Assembly: GCA_963718525.1 (NCBI GenBank)
Contig: OY970355.1
Coordinates: forward strand, 3,272,190 to 3,336,189
Reading direction: 5' to 3'
Source of the DNA: Candidatus Dormiibacterota bacterium
GTDB taxonomy: Bacteria; Chloroflexota; Dormibacteria; Aeolococcales; Aeolococcaceae
DNA: 64,000 nucleotides
Part shown: piece after piece, positions 39,751-49,523 of the stretch
How positions within the stretch are numbered: the first letter of the stretch is position 1
How the letters are laid out: every line of letters starts with the position of its first letter
Notes under the pieces: model-generated
What the model was told of the DNA's origin: nothing
What the model saw: only the letters and a program-made list of their open reading frames with translations
Databases searched by the model: none
Translations under genes and position numbers: made by a program

Positions 39751-42700
39751 TCAGCCGGTGGCGAACTCCTGGGCAGCCACGGCCACACTCGTGACCGGCA
39801 GGCCGTCCTCGAAGACGACGCTGTTGGTCCGCACCGACGTGATGCGCGGACCGGGGAGCACGATTCCCGCGACATTGAGGGGATCTGTCGCCGAGATGCG
39901 AACGGATTCCAGTGAACGCTCGCGACGGCGCACGCTGCGCAACTGGTCGACGGCCTCAGGAAGTGCGAACTGCTCGCCGGCGAAACCGGTGACGAAACGC
40001 CCACCTCGCGCGGTGCCTCGCGCTTCCATTCGGCGCAACGCCCATACCACGTCGCGCCAGGGGAGCGCGATCGTCTCACGGGCGACGACATCGCGAAACA
40101 CCACCCCCCACCGCACCAGCAACTGTTCGGCGATCGCCTCCGCGAGCGCATCGCGATCGTCGGCGGGCACTGCTCGTTGCACGAGCGACCAGCGTCCCTC
40201 CCCCGACGCGTAACCGCTGACACCGTTGCGGAGTCCGCGGTGGTGGGGGCGCGAGCCTCCCAGGCGGCGGCTGACCAGCAGACGACGCACAGCGCTGAAG
40301 CCGTCAGCGGTCAGCAGACCGCGCGCGACGCCGTCCCAGAGCGCGCTTTCAACCTCACTGGGCAGCCGGCGCGCGAGCGTGACGATGTCGCTCGTGAAGA
40401 GCGCGCCGTGCTCGCGGAGCGCGTCGAGCACATCGCGCGTCGCACCCGTCACCGGCTCCAGGGGTTGCGCCTCGCCACGCACCGACTGCAGCAGCCATGG
40501 CAGGTCGGAGCGCATCACCAGGGTGACCGGTGTCGCGCGGGATGCCGAAGTGTTGCTGCGCGGTGGCGAGTTGCCGTCACCGTCGTCGCGAACCTTCAGC
40601 CGGGCCCAGGCCACCTCGCCGGACATGCACAGCTCGTCGAGCCAGGCGCTGCGATACCCCGCCACGCGGCTCGGGAGCACGGTCTCCTCCCAGACGCCGG
40701 CCGGAATCTCGAAACCCTGGAGCTGCGCGATCGTCGCGGCCACGCCGGCGCGGCCCTCACGCTGCGTGCCGGGCGCAACCCGTTGCCAGCGAAGCAGAAA
40801 ACGGACGAAGTCCTGCGCGCTGACGGGCTCGATCTCCTGACGCAGACGGTGCTGTGTGTAGCTGTGGATGCGTGCGAGCAGGCGGCGCGCGCACCACTGC
40901 TGATCGCTGATTCCAGGATCGAAGTGCCCGCGGATGACGAACCCCTCGCCTTCGATGGCGGCGAGCCCGATCGCAACCTCCGATGCGCTCAGGCCCGCCA
41001 GCGTCCCGATCGCACCGGCCGTCATCGGACCGTTCACCTCGAGATGTCCGCGCAGGATCGCCGTGATCAGCGCGTCGCGGTCCGGCACGGCTGCGGCACC
41101 TGCGCGTGGTGGCGCGGACGGTGCCGGTGCGAGCGTTGCTGATGGCCAGAGCACGCCGACGCCCGCAGCGCGTTCCATGGCGCACCAGAAAGCCTCGCCG
41201 CCGGCGGCCACCGTGAGCGCCCTGCCGCGGGACACGAGCTCATCGAACCACTCTGTCCACGCTGGGACCGGCCGGGCGACCACCAACGCGACCAGGAGGT
41301 CATGGAGCTCATCCGCGTCACGCGGATCCGGCGCGGCCTCGCCGCGCACGCGGGCAATGGCGTCGGGATCGAGGGCGGCGAGATCGCGTGCCTCGACCGG
41401 TAGGCCCCGGCGAAGCGTGATCGCACGGCTGCGCCGCTCCTCGAGCGGCGCGTCGTCGAGAAACGTGTACGGCCGTCCGTTCACGATCTCGTGTGCAAGC
41501 GGCGACGGCTCGACGGTATCGCGGAAGCTGACCTGCACATCCTTTCGCTCGATGCGAGCAACCAGCTCGCGCAGCGAGTCCACGTCCATCACCTCGTGGA
41601 GGCAGTCGTACATGGTCTGGTTCACGAGTGGATGATCGGGGGGTTCGACCGGCCCGGTCGGGTTCTCGTTCTGGCACGCGACCAGCTGCGGAAACACCGC
41701 GCCCATGATGTCGTCGGATTCGAGTCGTTGTATCGGCGCCGGGTTCTTGCGACCGCCCTTGAAACGCAGCACGGTGAGCGATCGATTGAGGTTCCACCGC
41801 CACCGCACCGCCCACATCGGCGCGAAGATCGCCGCCTTCCGCAGCACCTCTTCAACGGTGTTCGAGGAGAGGAACTTCGGGATGTCCTCGAGCGGGAAGC
41901 TGTGTTGCGGACCGAGCGACAGCAGCACGCAGTCGTCGCTCGCCGCGGCCTGCAGCTCGAAGTCGAAGGTTGCGCAGAACCGCTTTCGCAACGCGAGCCC
42001 GAGCGCGCGGTTGACACGACCGCCGAACGGAGCATGCACGACCAGCTGCATGCCGCCGCTGTCGTCGAAGAACCGCTCCAGAACGATGTGCTCGAGGGTC
42101 GGCACGACGCCGAGCGCGGTTCGACCCGCCGCCAGGTAGCGCACTACCATCGCGGCAACGTCGTTGTCGACGCCTGCTCGCTGTTCGACCCATGTGATCG
42201 CTTCGTCGGCCCCGCCCTCAGCGAGCAACGCCTCGACACCGCTGCGAAGGTCGGAGACTTCACGCGACAGCTCCTCCGTTCGCGCCGGGGCCTCCCCGAG
42301 CCAGAAAGGAACGGACGGTGGTGCGCCGTGCGCATCCACGACACGCACGGTGCCGGCGACCACTCGCCGGATCTTCCACGACGTGCTTCCCAGCAGGAAG
42401 ATGTCCCCGGCGGATGACTCGATCGCCCAGTCCTCGTTGACGGTGCCGATGAACGTGTCGTCCGGTTCTGCGAGCACTCGATAGTCGCCGGTCTCGGGGA
42501 TCGCCCCGCCGGAGGTCAGCGCCGCCAGCCGCGCGCCACGGCGGGCTCGCACCTCGCCGTTGATCTGATCCCGGTGCAGATACGCCGCGACACGGCCCCG
42601 CCCCGTCGGGATGCCGTCGGCGGTCAGCTCGATGATCCGGTCGAAGTCCTCGCGCGTGAGGTCGGCAAACGGCGCCGCCTTGCGCATCAGCTCGTAGAGG

Positions 42701-44010
42701 TCGTCCTCACGCCAGCTGTCGGCGGCGCACTCGGCGACGATCTGCTGCGCGAGGATGTCCAGGGGAAGCCTGGGCGGGTGCACGGCGTCGAGCGCACCGC
42801 TCCGCACACCGGCAAGCAGCGCGGTGCATTCAACGAGCTCATCCCGCGTCATCGGGTAGAGGCGGCCTTTGGGCGTGCCCCCACGGCTGTGACCGGAGCG
42901 ACCGACCCGCTGGAGGAACGTGGCGATGCTGCGCGGCGAGGCGATCTGACACACCATCTCGATGGGGCCGATGTCGATACCCAGCTCCAGCGATGCCGTC
43001 GCGACCAGCGCGCGCAGCTCGCCGGCGCGTAGTTGCGATTCCACCCGCTGACGGCGGTCTTTCGACAGGCTCCCATGGTGCGCCGCAACCGCATCGTCGC
43101 CGAGCCGCTCAGCCAGGAGATGCGCGACACGCTCGGCCATCCGCCGTGTGTTGACGAAGACGAGCGTGGTGCGGTGCGCGCGCACGTGTACGGCGATGGC
43201 GTCGAGCACCTCACCCAGCTGTTCTCGCGATGCAACCGCCTCGAGCTCGCCCGATGGCAGCTCGATCGCAACATCGAGCGCACGCCGATGGCCGACGTCC
43301 ACGATGGCGCAACGCGGGCTGCCGTCGGGATTGCTGCGCGACGGGCCTGCGCCGACCAGCAGGCGCGCAACCGTCTCGATGGGTCGCTGCGTCGCCGAAA
43401 GTCCGATACGCACCGGTCGCTGCGTGCACAGACGGTCGAGGCGCTCGAGCGTGACGGCCAGATGGGAGCCACGCTTGTCGCGAGCGACCGCATGGATCTC
43501 GTCGACGATGATCGTCGAGACCGTGGTGAGCGCCGCCCGGCTGCGTTGCGCGGTGACGAGGAGGTACAGGGACTCGGGCGTCGTGACGAGAAAGTTCGGC
43601 GGCCGTTTGATCATCGCCGCCCGGACCGATTGCGTGGTGTCGCCGGTGCGAACCTCGGCGCGAAGCACGGGCGGCGTCAGGCCCATCTCCGTGGCGACCT
43701 CGGCGATCTCGCGCAGCGGTGTCTCCAGGTTCTGGTGCACGTCCACGGCGAGGGCCTTCAGGGGGGAGACGTACACGACCTGTGTCTTGTCCTGGATGTC
43801 TTCCCCGCGATCCGCGGCGCGATACAACGCATCGATGCAGACGAGGAACCCCGCGAGCGTCTTGCCCGACCCGGTCGGGGCGGCAATCAGCGTGTGGCTA
43901 CCGGCTGCAATCTGCGGCCAGCCCTCGCTCTGCGCCGCGGTTGGACCTTCGGGGAATCGACGCTGGAACCAAGCTCGCACCGCCGGATGGAACGCGCGCA
44001 TATCGCTCAT
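39751..44010 (-). CDS. lhr: Lhr-family large DEAD/DEAH helicase
   Basis: APTGSGKT, TTPESL, DEIH, GLSAT, LELGIDIG, QRVGRSGH; about 1420 aa with C-terminal SATDPLN region. Confidence 0.93.
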   Translation of the reverse strand: MSDMRAFHPAVRAWFQRRFPEGPTAAQSEGWPQIAAGSHTLIAAPTGSGKTLAGFLVCIDALYRAADRGEDIQDKTQVVYVSPLKALAVDVHQNLETPLREIAEVATEMGLTPPVLRAEVRTGDTTQSVRAAMIKRPPNFLVTTPESLYLLVTAQRSRAALTTVSTIIVDEIHAVARDKRGSHLAVTLERLDRLCTQRPVRIGLSATQRPIETVARLLVGAGPSRSNPDGSPRCAIVDVGHRRALDVAIELPSGELEAVASREQLGEVLDAIAVHVRAHRTTLVFVNTRRMAERVAHLLAERLGDDAVAAHHGSLSKDRRQRVESQLRAGELRALVATASLELGIDIGPIEMVCQIASPRSIATFLQRVGRSGHSRGGTPKGRLYPMTRDELVECTALLAGVRSGALDAVHPPRLPLDILAQQIVAECAADSWREDDLYELMRKAAPFADLTREDFDRIIELTADGIPTGRGRVAAYLHRDQINGEVRARRGARLAALTSGGAIPETGDYRVLAEPDDTFIGTVNEDWAIESSAGDIFLLGSTSWKIRRVVAGTVRVVDAHGAPPSVPFWLGEAPARTEELSREVSDLRSGVEALLAEGGADEAITWVEQRAGVDNDVAAMVVRYLAAGRTALGVVPTLEHIVLERFFDDSGGMQLVVHAPFGGRVNRALGLALRKRFCATFDFELQAAASDDCVLLSLGPQHSFPLEDIPKFLSSNTVEEVLRKAAIFAPMWAVRWRWNLNRSLTVLRFKGGRKNPAPIQRLESDDIMGAVFPQLVACQNENPTGPVEPPDHPLVNQTMYDCLHEVMDVDSLRELVARIERKDVQVSFRDTVEPSPLAHEIVNGRPYTFLDDAPLEERRSRAITLRRGLPVEARDLAALDPDAIARVRGEAAPDPRDADELHDLLVALVVARPVPAWTEWFDELVSRGRALTVAAGGEAFWCAMERAAGVGVLWPSATLAPAPSAPPRAGAAAVPDRDALITAILRGHLEVNGPMTAGAIGTLAGLSASEVAIGLAAIEGEGFVIRGHFDPGISDQQWCARRLLARIHSYTQHRLRQEIEPVSAQDFVRFLLRWQRVAPGTQREGRAGVAATIAQLQGFEIPAGVWEETVLPSRVAGYRSAWLDELCMSGEVAWARLKVRDDGDGNSPPRSNTSASRATPVTLVMRSDLPWLLQSVRGEAQPLEPVTGATRDVLDALREHGALFTSDIVTLARRLPSEVESALWDGVARGLLTADGFSAVRRLLVSRRLGGSRPHHRGLRNGVSGYASGEGRWSLVQRAVPADDRDALAEAIAEQLLVRWGVVFRDVVARETIALPWRDVVWALRRMEARGTARGGRFVTGFAGEQFALPEAVDQLRSVRRRERSLESVRISATDPLNVAGIVLPGPRITSVRTNSVVFEDGLPVTSVAVAAQEFATG

Positions 44011-44039
44011 CTGGGCAACGTATTCTAGCATCCTGGAGG

Positions 44040-44052
44040 GAACAGACGTTCG
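44040..44052. promoter_or_regulatory. LexA/SOS box upstream of lhr
   Basis: GAACAGACGTTCG is a perfect GAAC-N4-GTTC, upstream of a minus-strand TAGAAT -10. Confidence 0.78.
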
Positions 44053-44053
44053 C

Positions 44054-44782
44054 TCAGAGCAGGCGCGTCGGCAGTGGCGTCTCGACGGCGCCATCATGCT
44101 CACGGCGGATCTCGTACGCGAGTGCGCCGGGCTGCTCGGTGAAGGCCTCATACAGGTCGGTGCCGTGGTAGATGAGGCCGGCACCGTTGTCGGTCGCATA
44201 CGACAGCGGCAGCGTCCCCTCCGCGACCAGCCGATGGATCAGCGGCCGCCGTTGCTCCTCCGCGTCGTGGTGCGGACTGTTGCCGTAGGGCAGGAATCCA
44301 AGCGCGTTGGTGACGGGTCGCAGCTCCGGTCCGAACGAGTTGGTGGTACCGCCGACGTGCCAGCACAGCGATCCTGCTGAAACGCCCATCAGCACGACCC
44401 CCGCCTGCCAGACCCGGCGGAGGATCACGTCGAGGCCGTGGAGACGCCACAGGGCGAGCAGGTTTGCCGTGCTTCCGCCGCTGACCCAGATCACGTCCTG
44501 CCTTGAGAGGTGCTCCTCGACGTCATCGAAGTTGGGCATGGGGAACAGGTCAAGATGCGACACCACCATGTCGAGCTTCGAGAATGCGTGGTGCGTCGCC
44601 GTGAGCCACGTGGGGTTGTCACCGGCAGCGGTGGCGATGATGCACAAGCGCGGATGGGGCCCCGCTCCAGCCAGCTGCGCGGCCATGCTGTACGCCCGGC
44701 CTGGCTTGAGATTCCAGTCGTCGCCGCCGTCAGGCTGAAACCCGATGCTGGTGGCGATGATGGTTGGCTGCGAAGCTGTCAT
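44054..44782 (-). CDS. Peptidase E (family S51)
   Basis: DVIWVSGGST, GVSAGSLCW, PHHD motifs. Confidence 0.88.
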   Translation of the reverse strand: MTASQPTIIATSIGFQPDGGDDWNLKPGRAYSMAAQLAGAGPHPRLCIIATAAGDNPTWLTATHHAFSKLDMVVSHLDLFPMPNFDDVEEHLSRQDVIWVSGGSTANLLALWRLHGLDVILRRVWQAGVVLMGVSAGSLCWHVGGTTNSFGPELRPVTNALGFLPYGNSPHHDAEEQRRPLIHRLVAEGTLPLSYATDNGAGLIYHGTDLYEAFTEQPGALAYEIRREHDGAVETPLPTRLL

Positions 44783-44862
44783 CGGAGGATTGTGCCGGTG
44801 ATGACCGAAGCAGGGGCCGCGTGAGCGCCTGAGGCGACGACCAGGAGGAGTGCCGCATCCGC

Positions 44863-45909
44863 GTGAGACCTTGGACTGTGCTCGTGGCGGTGATTGGGAT
44901 CGCTGCCGTTGCCGGGATCGCGACTTCGACAGCTCAGCGCCCACCGACGCCGGCACCCCCACCGGCGCCGACCCGATCCGCCGCGCCAACCCCGATCCCG
45001 CTCGGCCCCATCTCGGGAATCGGCTTCACGGTCGCGGACGATCCATCGAGCGGCCAGGTGGTGCTCTTCGGGGGCGTTGACAACTACGCCAACACCTGGA
45101 TCTGGAACGGATTTCGCTGGACGCTGGCCGAGCCCGCGACGAGCCCGGCGGGCCGCATCGACGCGGCCGCCGCGTACGACCCCCCGACGAAGCTGGTGCT
45201 GCTCTTCGGTGGGCGCCATGCTCCATACACGAGTGGCCCGTCCCTCAACGACACCTGGGCGTGGAACGGGGTGACCTGGCGCCAGCTCGACCGCGGCCTC
45301 GGAGGGCCTCCGCCGGGCGAGGGATCGTCGATGGCATGGGATGACGCCCTCGACGAGATGGTGCTGGTGACCGCTGCCGGCAGCGGTCCCGGCGGCGACG
45401 AAACCTGGGTGTGGAGCGGGCTGCGCTGGGTGCTCAAGATTCACGGCGCCGTAGCTCCGAGCGCGTTCGACCTCCCCATGGCCTTCGATCCGATCACACG
45501 CTCGCTGATCGCCGAGGGTTGTTGCTACGCACCCCGATCGCAGCTCGGTGCCCTCGACACCACGTGGCGTTGGAATGGGGACCGATGGCTCCAGCTCGCC
45601 GGCACCGCTGCACCGCTTCCGGGTTCGTCACTGGCGCTGGATCCCTCCAGCGGCCGCCTTGCGCTGTGCAATTGCGGGCCTATGCTCGCGCTCCCAGCGC
45701 TCGCATCGTGGACTGGACAGACGTGGGCGCTCCTGGATGTCGCTCGCCTGCCGTTCGAACCGGTGGCGGAGATCACTGACAGCGATTCCGGTCAACTCCT
45801 GATCTTCGGGTCGGCAACCCCGAGCAGCCCCTACGCGGCACAGCCGGTGCATATCTGGTCGCTGCGTGGGTCGACATGGCGGCAGCTCGACGCGGCCGCC
45901 GCTGCATGA
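44863..45909 (+). CDS. Secreted Kelch-like beta-propeller protein
   Basis: Signal peptide; repeats VLFGG..NTWIWNG, DTWAWNG, ETWVWSG, TTWRWNG. Confidence 0.75.
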   Translation: MRPWTVLVAVIGIAAVAGIATSTAQRPPTPAPPPAPTRSAAPTPIPLGPISGIGFTVADDPSSGQVVLFGGVDNYANTWIWNGFRWTLAEPATSPAGRIDAAAAYDPPTKLVLLFGGRHAPYTSGPSLNDTWAWNGVTWRQLDRGLGGPPPGEGSSMAWDDALDEMVLVTAAGSGPGGDETWVWSGLRWVLKIHGAVAPSAFDLPMAFDPITRSLIAEGCCYAPRSQLGALDTTWRWNGDRWLQLAGTAAPLPGSSLALDPSSGRLALCNCGPMLALPALASWTGQTWALLDVARLPFEPVAEITDSDSGQLLIFGSATPSSPYAAQPVHIWSLRGSTWRQLDAAAAA

Positions 45910-46022
45910 CGCCTGTCACGAGCAGATGACGAGCTGCTGGAGGATGTCAGAAGGCAGCACGTTGTCGTGACAGGGCATCAACCGTCCAGAGAGGGCGACG
46001 GCTCACGCATATCGTTCCTGAC

Positions 46023-47678
46023 ATGTCCCCACATGCGGGCGGCGCTGCAGCACCGCGTCTGCGAGTCATCGCCGGAGCGACGGATGCCGACGCTGCGCAA
46101 CCCCTGGACGCAGCACCCGCGTCACCCGCCGTCAGGCGACGCCGGGAGCGCCTCAATGCTGAGCTGGACCTCCTCGAGATGGTGCCCTTCTCGGACCCCG
46201 ATGCTGCGTACGCGCCCGCAGCGGTGCTGGAGCGGCGCGCCCGTGCGCTGGGTGATGAGGGCGCGCTGAGGCGCGCCCAGCTGATCCAGGCGGACGTGCT
46301 ATGCCGCAAGGGCAAGCACACGGCGAGCGGCCAGCTCATCCGGGAAATCAACGAGTGGGCGACGGAGCACGGGCACCGCCACCTCATGGCACGGAGCCAC
46401 CGGCTTCTGTCGGTGTTCTTCGACTTCATCGGTGATGTGCCGAGCGCATGGGAACATGCGGTGCCCGCGGTTGAGCTGCTCGACGACACCATGTCGGAGC
46501 GCATGCGCGCGGACCATCTCTTCGGTCTCGGTCAGGTCCTCGTGCGCACCGGCGCATGGGACGCGGCGCGCGAGCGCTACCGCGCCGCGCTCCAGCTCGC
46601 CGACGGGCTCGACGATGTTCCGCTCCGAGTCAAGATCCTCAACAACCTCGCATGGCTCGAGGACGATGCCGGCGATACGCACCAGTCGATGGAGATCGCC
46701 AAGCGCATGCAGGCGTTCGCCCAGCAGCACGACGTCGCGCTCGACGCAGCCTGCCTCGACACCATCGCGAACGCCCAGCTGAAGCTCGGTCTGTACGCCG
46801 AGGCCGAAGCCACCCTCCGGCCCGTCCTCGACGACAGGCATCTGAGCACGCGCCCGATCGAAGGTCTGGGCGAAGCGCTCAACACGGCTGCTGGAGCGCA
46901 GCGTCTCCAGGGCCACATGGCCGACGCGGCTGCGACCGTCGATCGGTGCATCGAACTGTGCGCCACGCGCGGCATGGTTGCCATTCGGGTCGAGGCGCTT
47001 GAAGAGCGAGCGCGTCTCTACGCAGCCCAGGGACTCTTCCAGCGTGCATATGAGCAATACATCGAATTTCATGAGGAGGACGGCGCCCTGCGTGCCGCGC
47101 AGCGCGAGGCGAACGCGCGAACCCTCCAGGCCGTGTTCGAGACCACCGAGGCACGTCGCGAAGGAGAACGTTTCCGCCAGCTGTCATTGCGCGATGCGCT
47201 CACCGGTTTGCGCAACCGGCGACATGTCGACACCGAGTTGCCGCTCCTGCTGGCGCGCTCCCGGGAGGATGGGGCGCCCCTGGCCATCGGGTTGGTTGAT
47301 CTCGACCATTTCAAAGAGGTGAATGACCGCTTCTCCCATGCTGTCGGCGACAAGGTGCTCGTGCGCATCTCCGGCATTCTGGCCGCAGCCACCGCCGAAT
47401 CCGGGTGGGCCGCGCGCATGGGCGGAGAGGAATTCCTGCTTGTCCTTCCAGGCCTCAACCTCGCCGAGGCATTCCAGCGCTGCGAGGATGTCCGCCGCGC
47501 AATCGAGTCAGTGCATTGGGACGGGGCGATGACAGGCGAGGTCGTGACCGCGAGCATCGGTTTCACCATGCTGCAGAGTGGACGCACCAGCCAGGCGGCG
47601 CTCTTCGGGCAGGCGGACCGCAACCTGTACGCCGCCAAGCACCAGGGAAGGAATCGAGTAGTCTCAGATCTCGCGTAA
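46023..47678 (+). CDS. TPR-containing diguanylate cyclase
   Basis: Helical TPR-like repeats, DALTGL, DLDHFKEVND, RMGGEEF; no RxxD I-site. Confidence 0.9.
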   Translation: MSPHAGGAAAPRLRVIAGATDADAAQPLDAAPASPAVRRRRERLNAELDLLEMVPFSDPDAAYAPAAVLERRARALGDEGALRRAQLIQADVLCRKGKHTASGQLIREINEWATEHGHRHLMARSHRLLSVFFDFIGDVPSAWEHAVPAVELLDDTMSERMRADHLFGLGQVLVRTGAWDAARERYRAALQLADGLDDVPLRVKILNNLAWLEDDAGDTHQSMEIAKRMQAFAQQHDVALDAACLDTIANAQLKLGLYAEAEATLRPVLDDRHLSTRPIEGLGEALNTAAGAQRLQGHMADAAATVDRCIELCATRGMVAIRVEALEERARLYAAQGLFQRAYEQYIEFHEEDGALRAAQREANARTLQAVFETTEARREGERFRQLSLRDALTGLRNRRHVDTELPLLLARSREDGAPLAIGLVDLDHFKEVNDRFSHAVGDKVLVRISGILAAATAESGWAARMGGEEFLLVLPGLNLAEAFQRCEDVRRAIESVHWDGAMTGEVVTASIGFTMLQSGRTSQAALFGQADRNLYAAKHQGRNRVVSDLA

Positions 47679-47688
47679 GCGGATCTGC

Positions 47689-48492
47689 ATGACCACGCTG
47701 CTTCTCGTCCACGCACATCCCGACGATGAATGCATCGCGACGGGCGGTGTCGTGCTACGCGCCCACCACGAGGGCATTCGCGTCGTCCTGCTGACCGCAA
47801 CTCGTGGCGAGGAAGGAGACATCCACAACATGGATGCCGCAGCGGTTCGCCCGCGGCTCGGCGAGGTACGCACGGAGGAGCTGCGGCGCTCGTGCGCAAT
47901 CCTGGGCGTCGACCGTCAGGAGTTCCTCGGGTACCGCAACTCCGGGATGGCGGGCGCGCCGAGCAACAACGACCCGCGATCGTTCCACGCCGCGCCGCTG
48001 GGTGACGCTGCGGCACGAGTCGCGGCCGTCATCCGGGAGGAACGTCCGGACGTCGTGGTGACCTACACCCCGGACGGCACCTACTGGCACCTGGACCACG
48101 TCAAGGCGCACGAGGCGACCGTCGCCGCGCTGGACCTGCTTGAGGCCGAAGGCTGGTCGCCTGCCAAGCTGTACCTGCATGCCGTGCCGCGCAGCGCCGT
48201 CGAGAACATCGAGCGTCGTGCCCGCGCAGCCGGGCTGGAACTCCCCGTCGAGGTCGGGCAGATCGTCGGGATCCCCGATGATCAGATCACCACCGCCGTC
48301 GACGTTTCGGCGTTTCTCGAACAGAAGCGCGCGGCGTTCAACGCCCATGTGAGTCAGTTCGAGCCGGACAGCCCGTTCTCGACGATCGCGGCCCAGATCT
48401 TCGAAGCAACACTTGGGATGGAGCGGTTCATCCTCGCGCGAGGTGCGCTTGGCGGGCCGGAACCCGAGCCCAGCCTCTTCGCCGGGGTCTAG
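47689..48492 (+). CDS. PIG-L/MshB-like N-acetylglucosaminyl deacetylase
   Basis: HAHPDDE, TRGEEG, R.EEL, H.DH, AHVSQ motifs. Confidence 0.88.
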   Translation: MTTLLLVHAHPDDECIATGGVVLRAHHEGIRVVLLTATRGEEGDIHNMDAAAVRPRLGEVRTEELRRSCAILGVDRQEFLGYRNSGMAGAPSNNDPRSFHAAPLGDAAARVAAVIREERPDVVVTYTPDGTYWHLDHVKAHEATVAALDLLEAEGWSPAKLYLHAVPRSAVENIERRARAAGLELPVEVGQIVGIPDDQITTAVDVSAFLEQKRAAFNAHVSQFEPDSPFSTIAAQIFEATLGMERFILARGALGGPEPEPSLFAGV

Positions 48493-48500
48493 GAAGCGCG

Positions 48501-49523
48501 TCAGCGTGTCAGGGTCACCTTGGTCAGGCCGGCGGGAACGTCGGGGTCGAGATTGCGAGCGAGTGCTGCGGAGAGTGCGATCTGCTGACCACGCACCGCC
48601 GCCACCACCGGTTGCAGCGCCTCGGGAACCGCGCCGGGCAGCGGGAGGTCGGATCCGGGCTCGGGACTGATCGTGCTCACCGTCGCCCCACGGCTGCGAA
48701 GCAGCGCACATAACTCGGCGACATCGCCGGCGGCAGGTCCGGGCGCCGAGAAGGCCAGCACCGGGACATCCGGCGTCACCGCCGCAATCGGTCCGTGGCG
48801 AAGGTCGGCGGCCGAGAACGCCTCGGCAAAGATCGCTGACGTTTCGCGGATTTTCAGCGCGGTCTCACTGGCCGCCGCCAGCATCGGCCCGCGCGCTACG
48901 GTGAGCACGCGGTCGGCGACGTCGAGCCGGTGAGCGATGCCATCGGCGCGATAGCGATCGTCAAGCACCTGGCTCACATGCTCCGGCAACGCGAGGAGGT
49001 CCGCATCCGTCCAGGGGACCGCGCCCATCGCCGAGGCAACCAGCGCGAGTGCCATCAGCGTTGCGGTGAATGTCTTGGTCGCCGGGATCGCCAGCTCTCC
49101 CCCGGCCGAGAGATCGATGACCACATCTGCGGCGTCGCCAAGCGGGCTTGCGGGCGCGTTGACGATTGCCACCGTGCGTGCGCCGGTGGCGCGCATCCGC
49201 TCCAGCACGCTGACGACCTCCGGCGTCCGCCCCGACTGGCTGATGCCGACAGCAAGATAGCCGCGATGGTCGGCGACGGCGTGATACAGGGTGTGCACGC
49301 TCGGGGAGGCCAGCGCGACGGGCCTGCCGCTCGCCATCTCAAAGAGGTAGCGGCCGAACAGCGCAGCGGTGTCGGACGATCCGCGGGCGAGCAGCACGGT
49401 GCCGCAGAGGTGCTCGGGCAGCAGCGGCCTGACCGAGGCGATGATGGTTTCGCGGCGCTGCACCATGCGCTGGAGCACGACCGGCTGCTCCGCCATTTCC
49501 GCGGCCATGTTCTCGCCATTCAT
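48501..49523 (-). CDS. Double-SIS-domain protein (glucosamine-6-phosphate deaminase/isomerase-like)
   Basis: AEMAEQP, ARGSSD, ISQSGRTPE, PATKTF, ALKIRET, HGP, C-terminal GLTKVT; GlmS isomerase-like without a glutaminase domain. Confidence 0.87.
   Translation of the reverse strand: MNGENMAAEMAEQPVVLQRMVQRRETIIASVRPLLPEHLCGTVLLARGSSDTAALFGRYLFEMASGRPVALASPSVHTLYHAVADHRGYLAVGISQSGRTPEVVSVLERMRATGARTVAIVNAPASPLGDAADVVIDLSAGGELAIPATKTFTATLMALALVASAMGAVPWTDADLLALPEHVSQVLDDRYRADGIAHRLDVADRVLTVARGPMLAAASETALKIRETSAIFAEAFSAADLRHGPIAAVTPDVPVLAFSAPGPAAGDVAELCALLRSRGATVSTISPEPGSDLPLPGAVPEALQPVVAAVRGQQIALSAALARNLDPDVPAGLTKVTLTR

Noticed and set aside
47689-48492. PIG-L deacetylase as part of the chitosan regulon
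   Set aside because: It is convergent to the locus, lies 10 nt after the DGC gene, has MshB/Mca-like motifs and no operator; a link is possible but unsupported.
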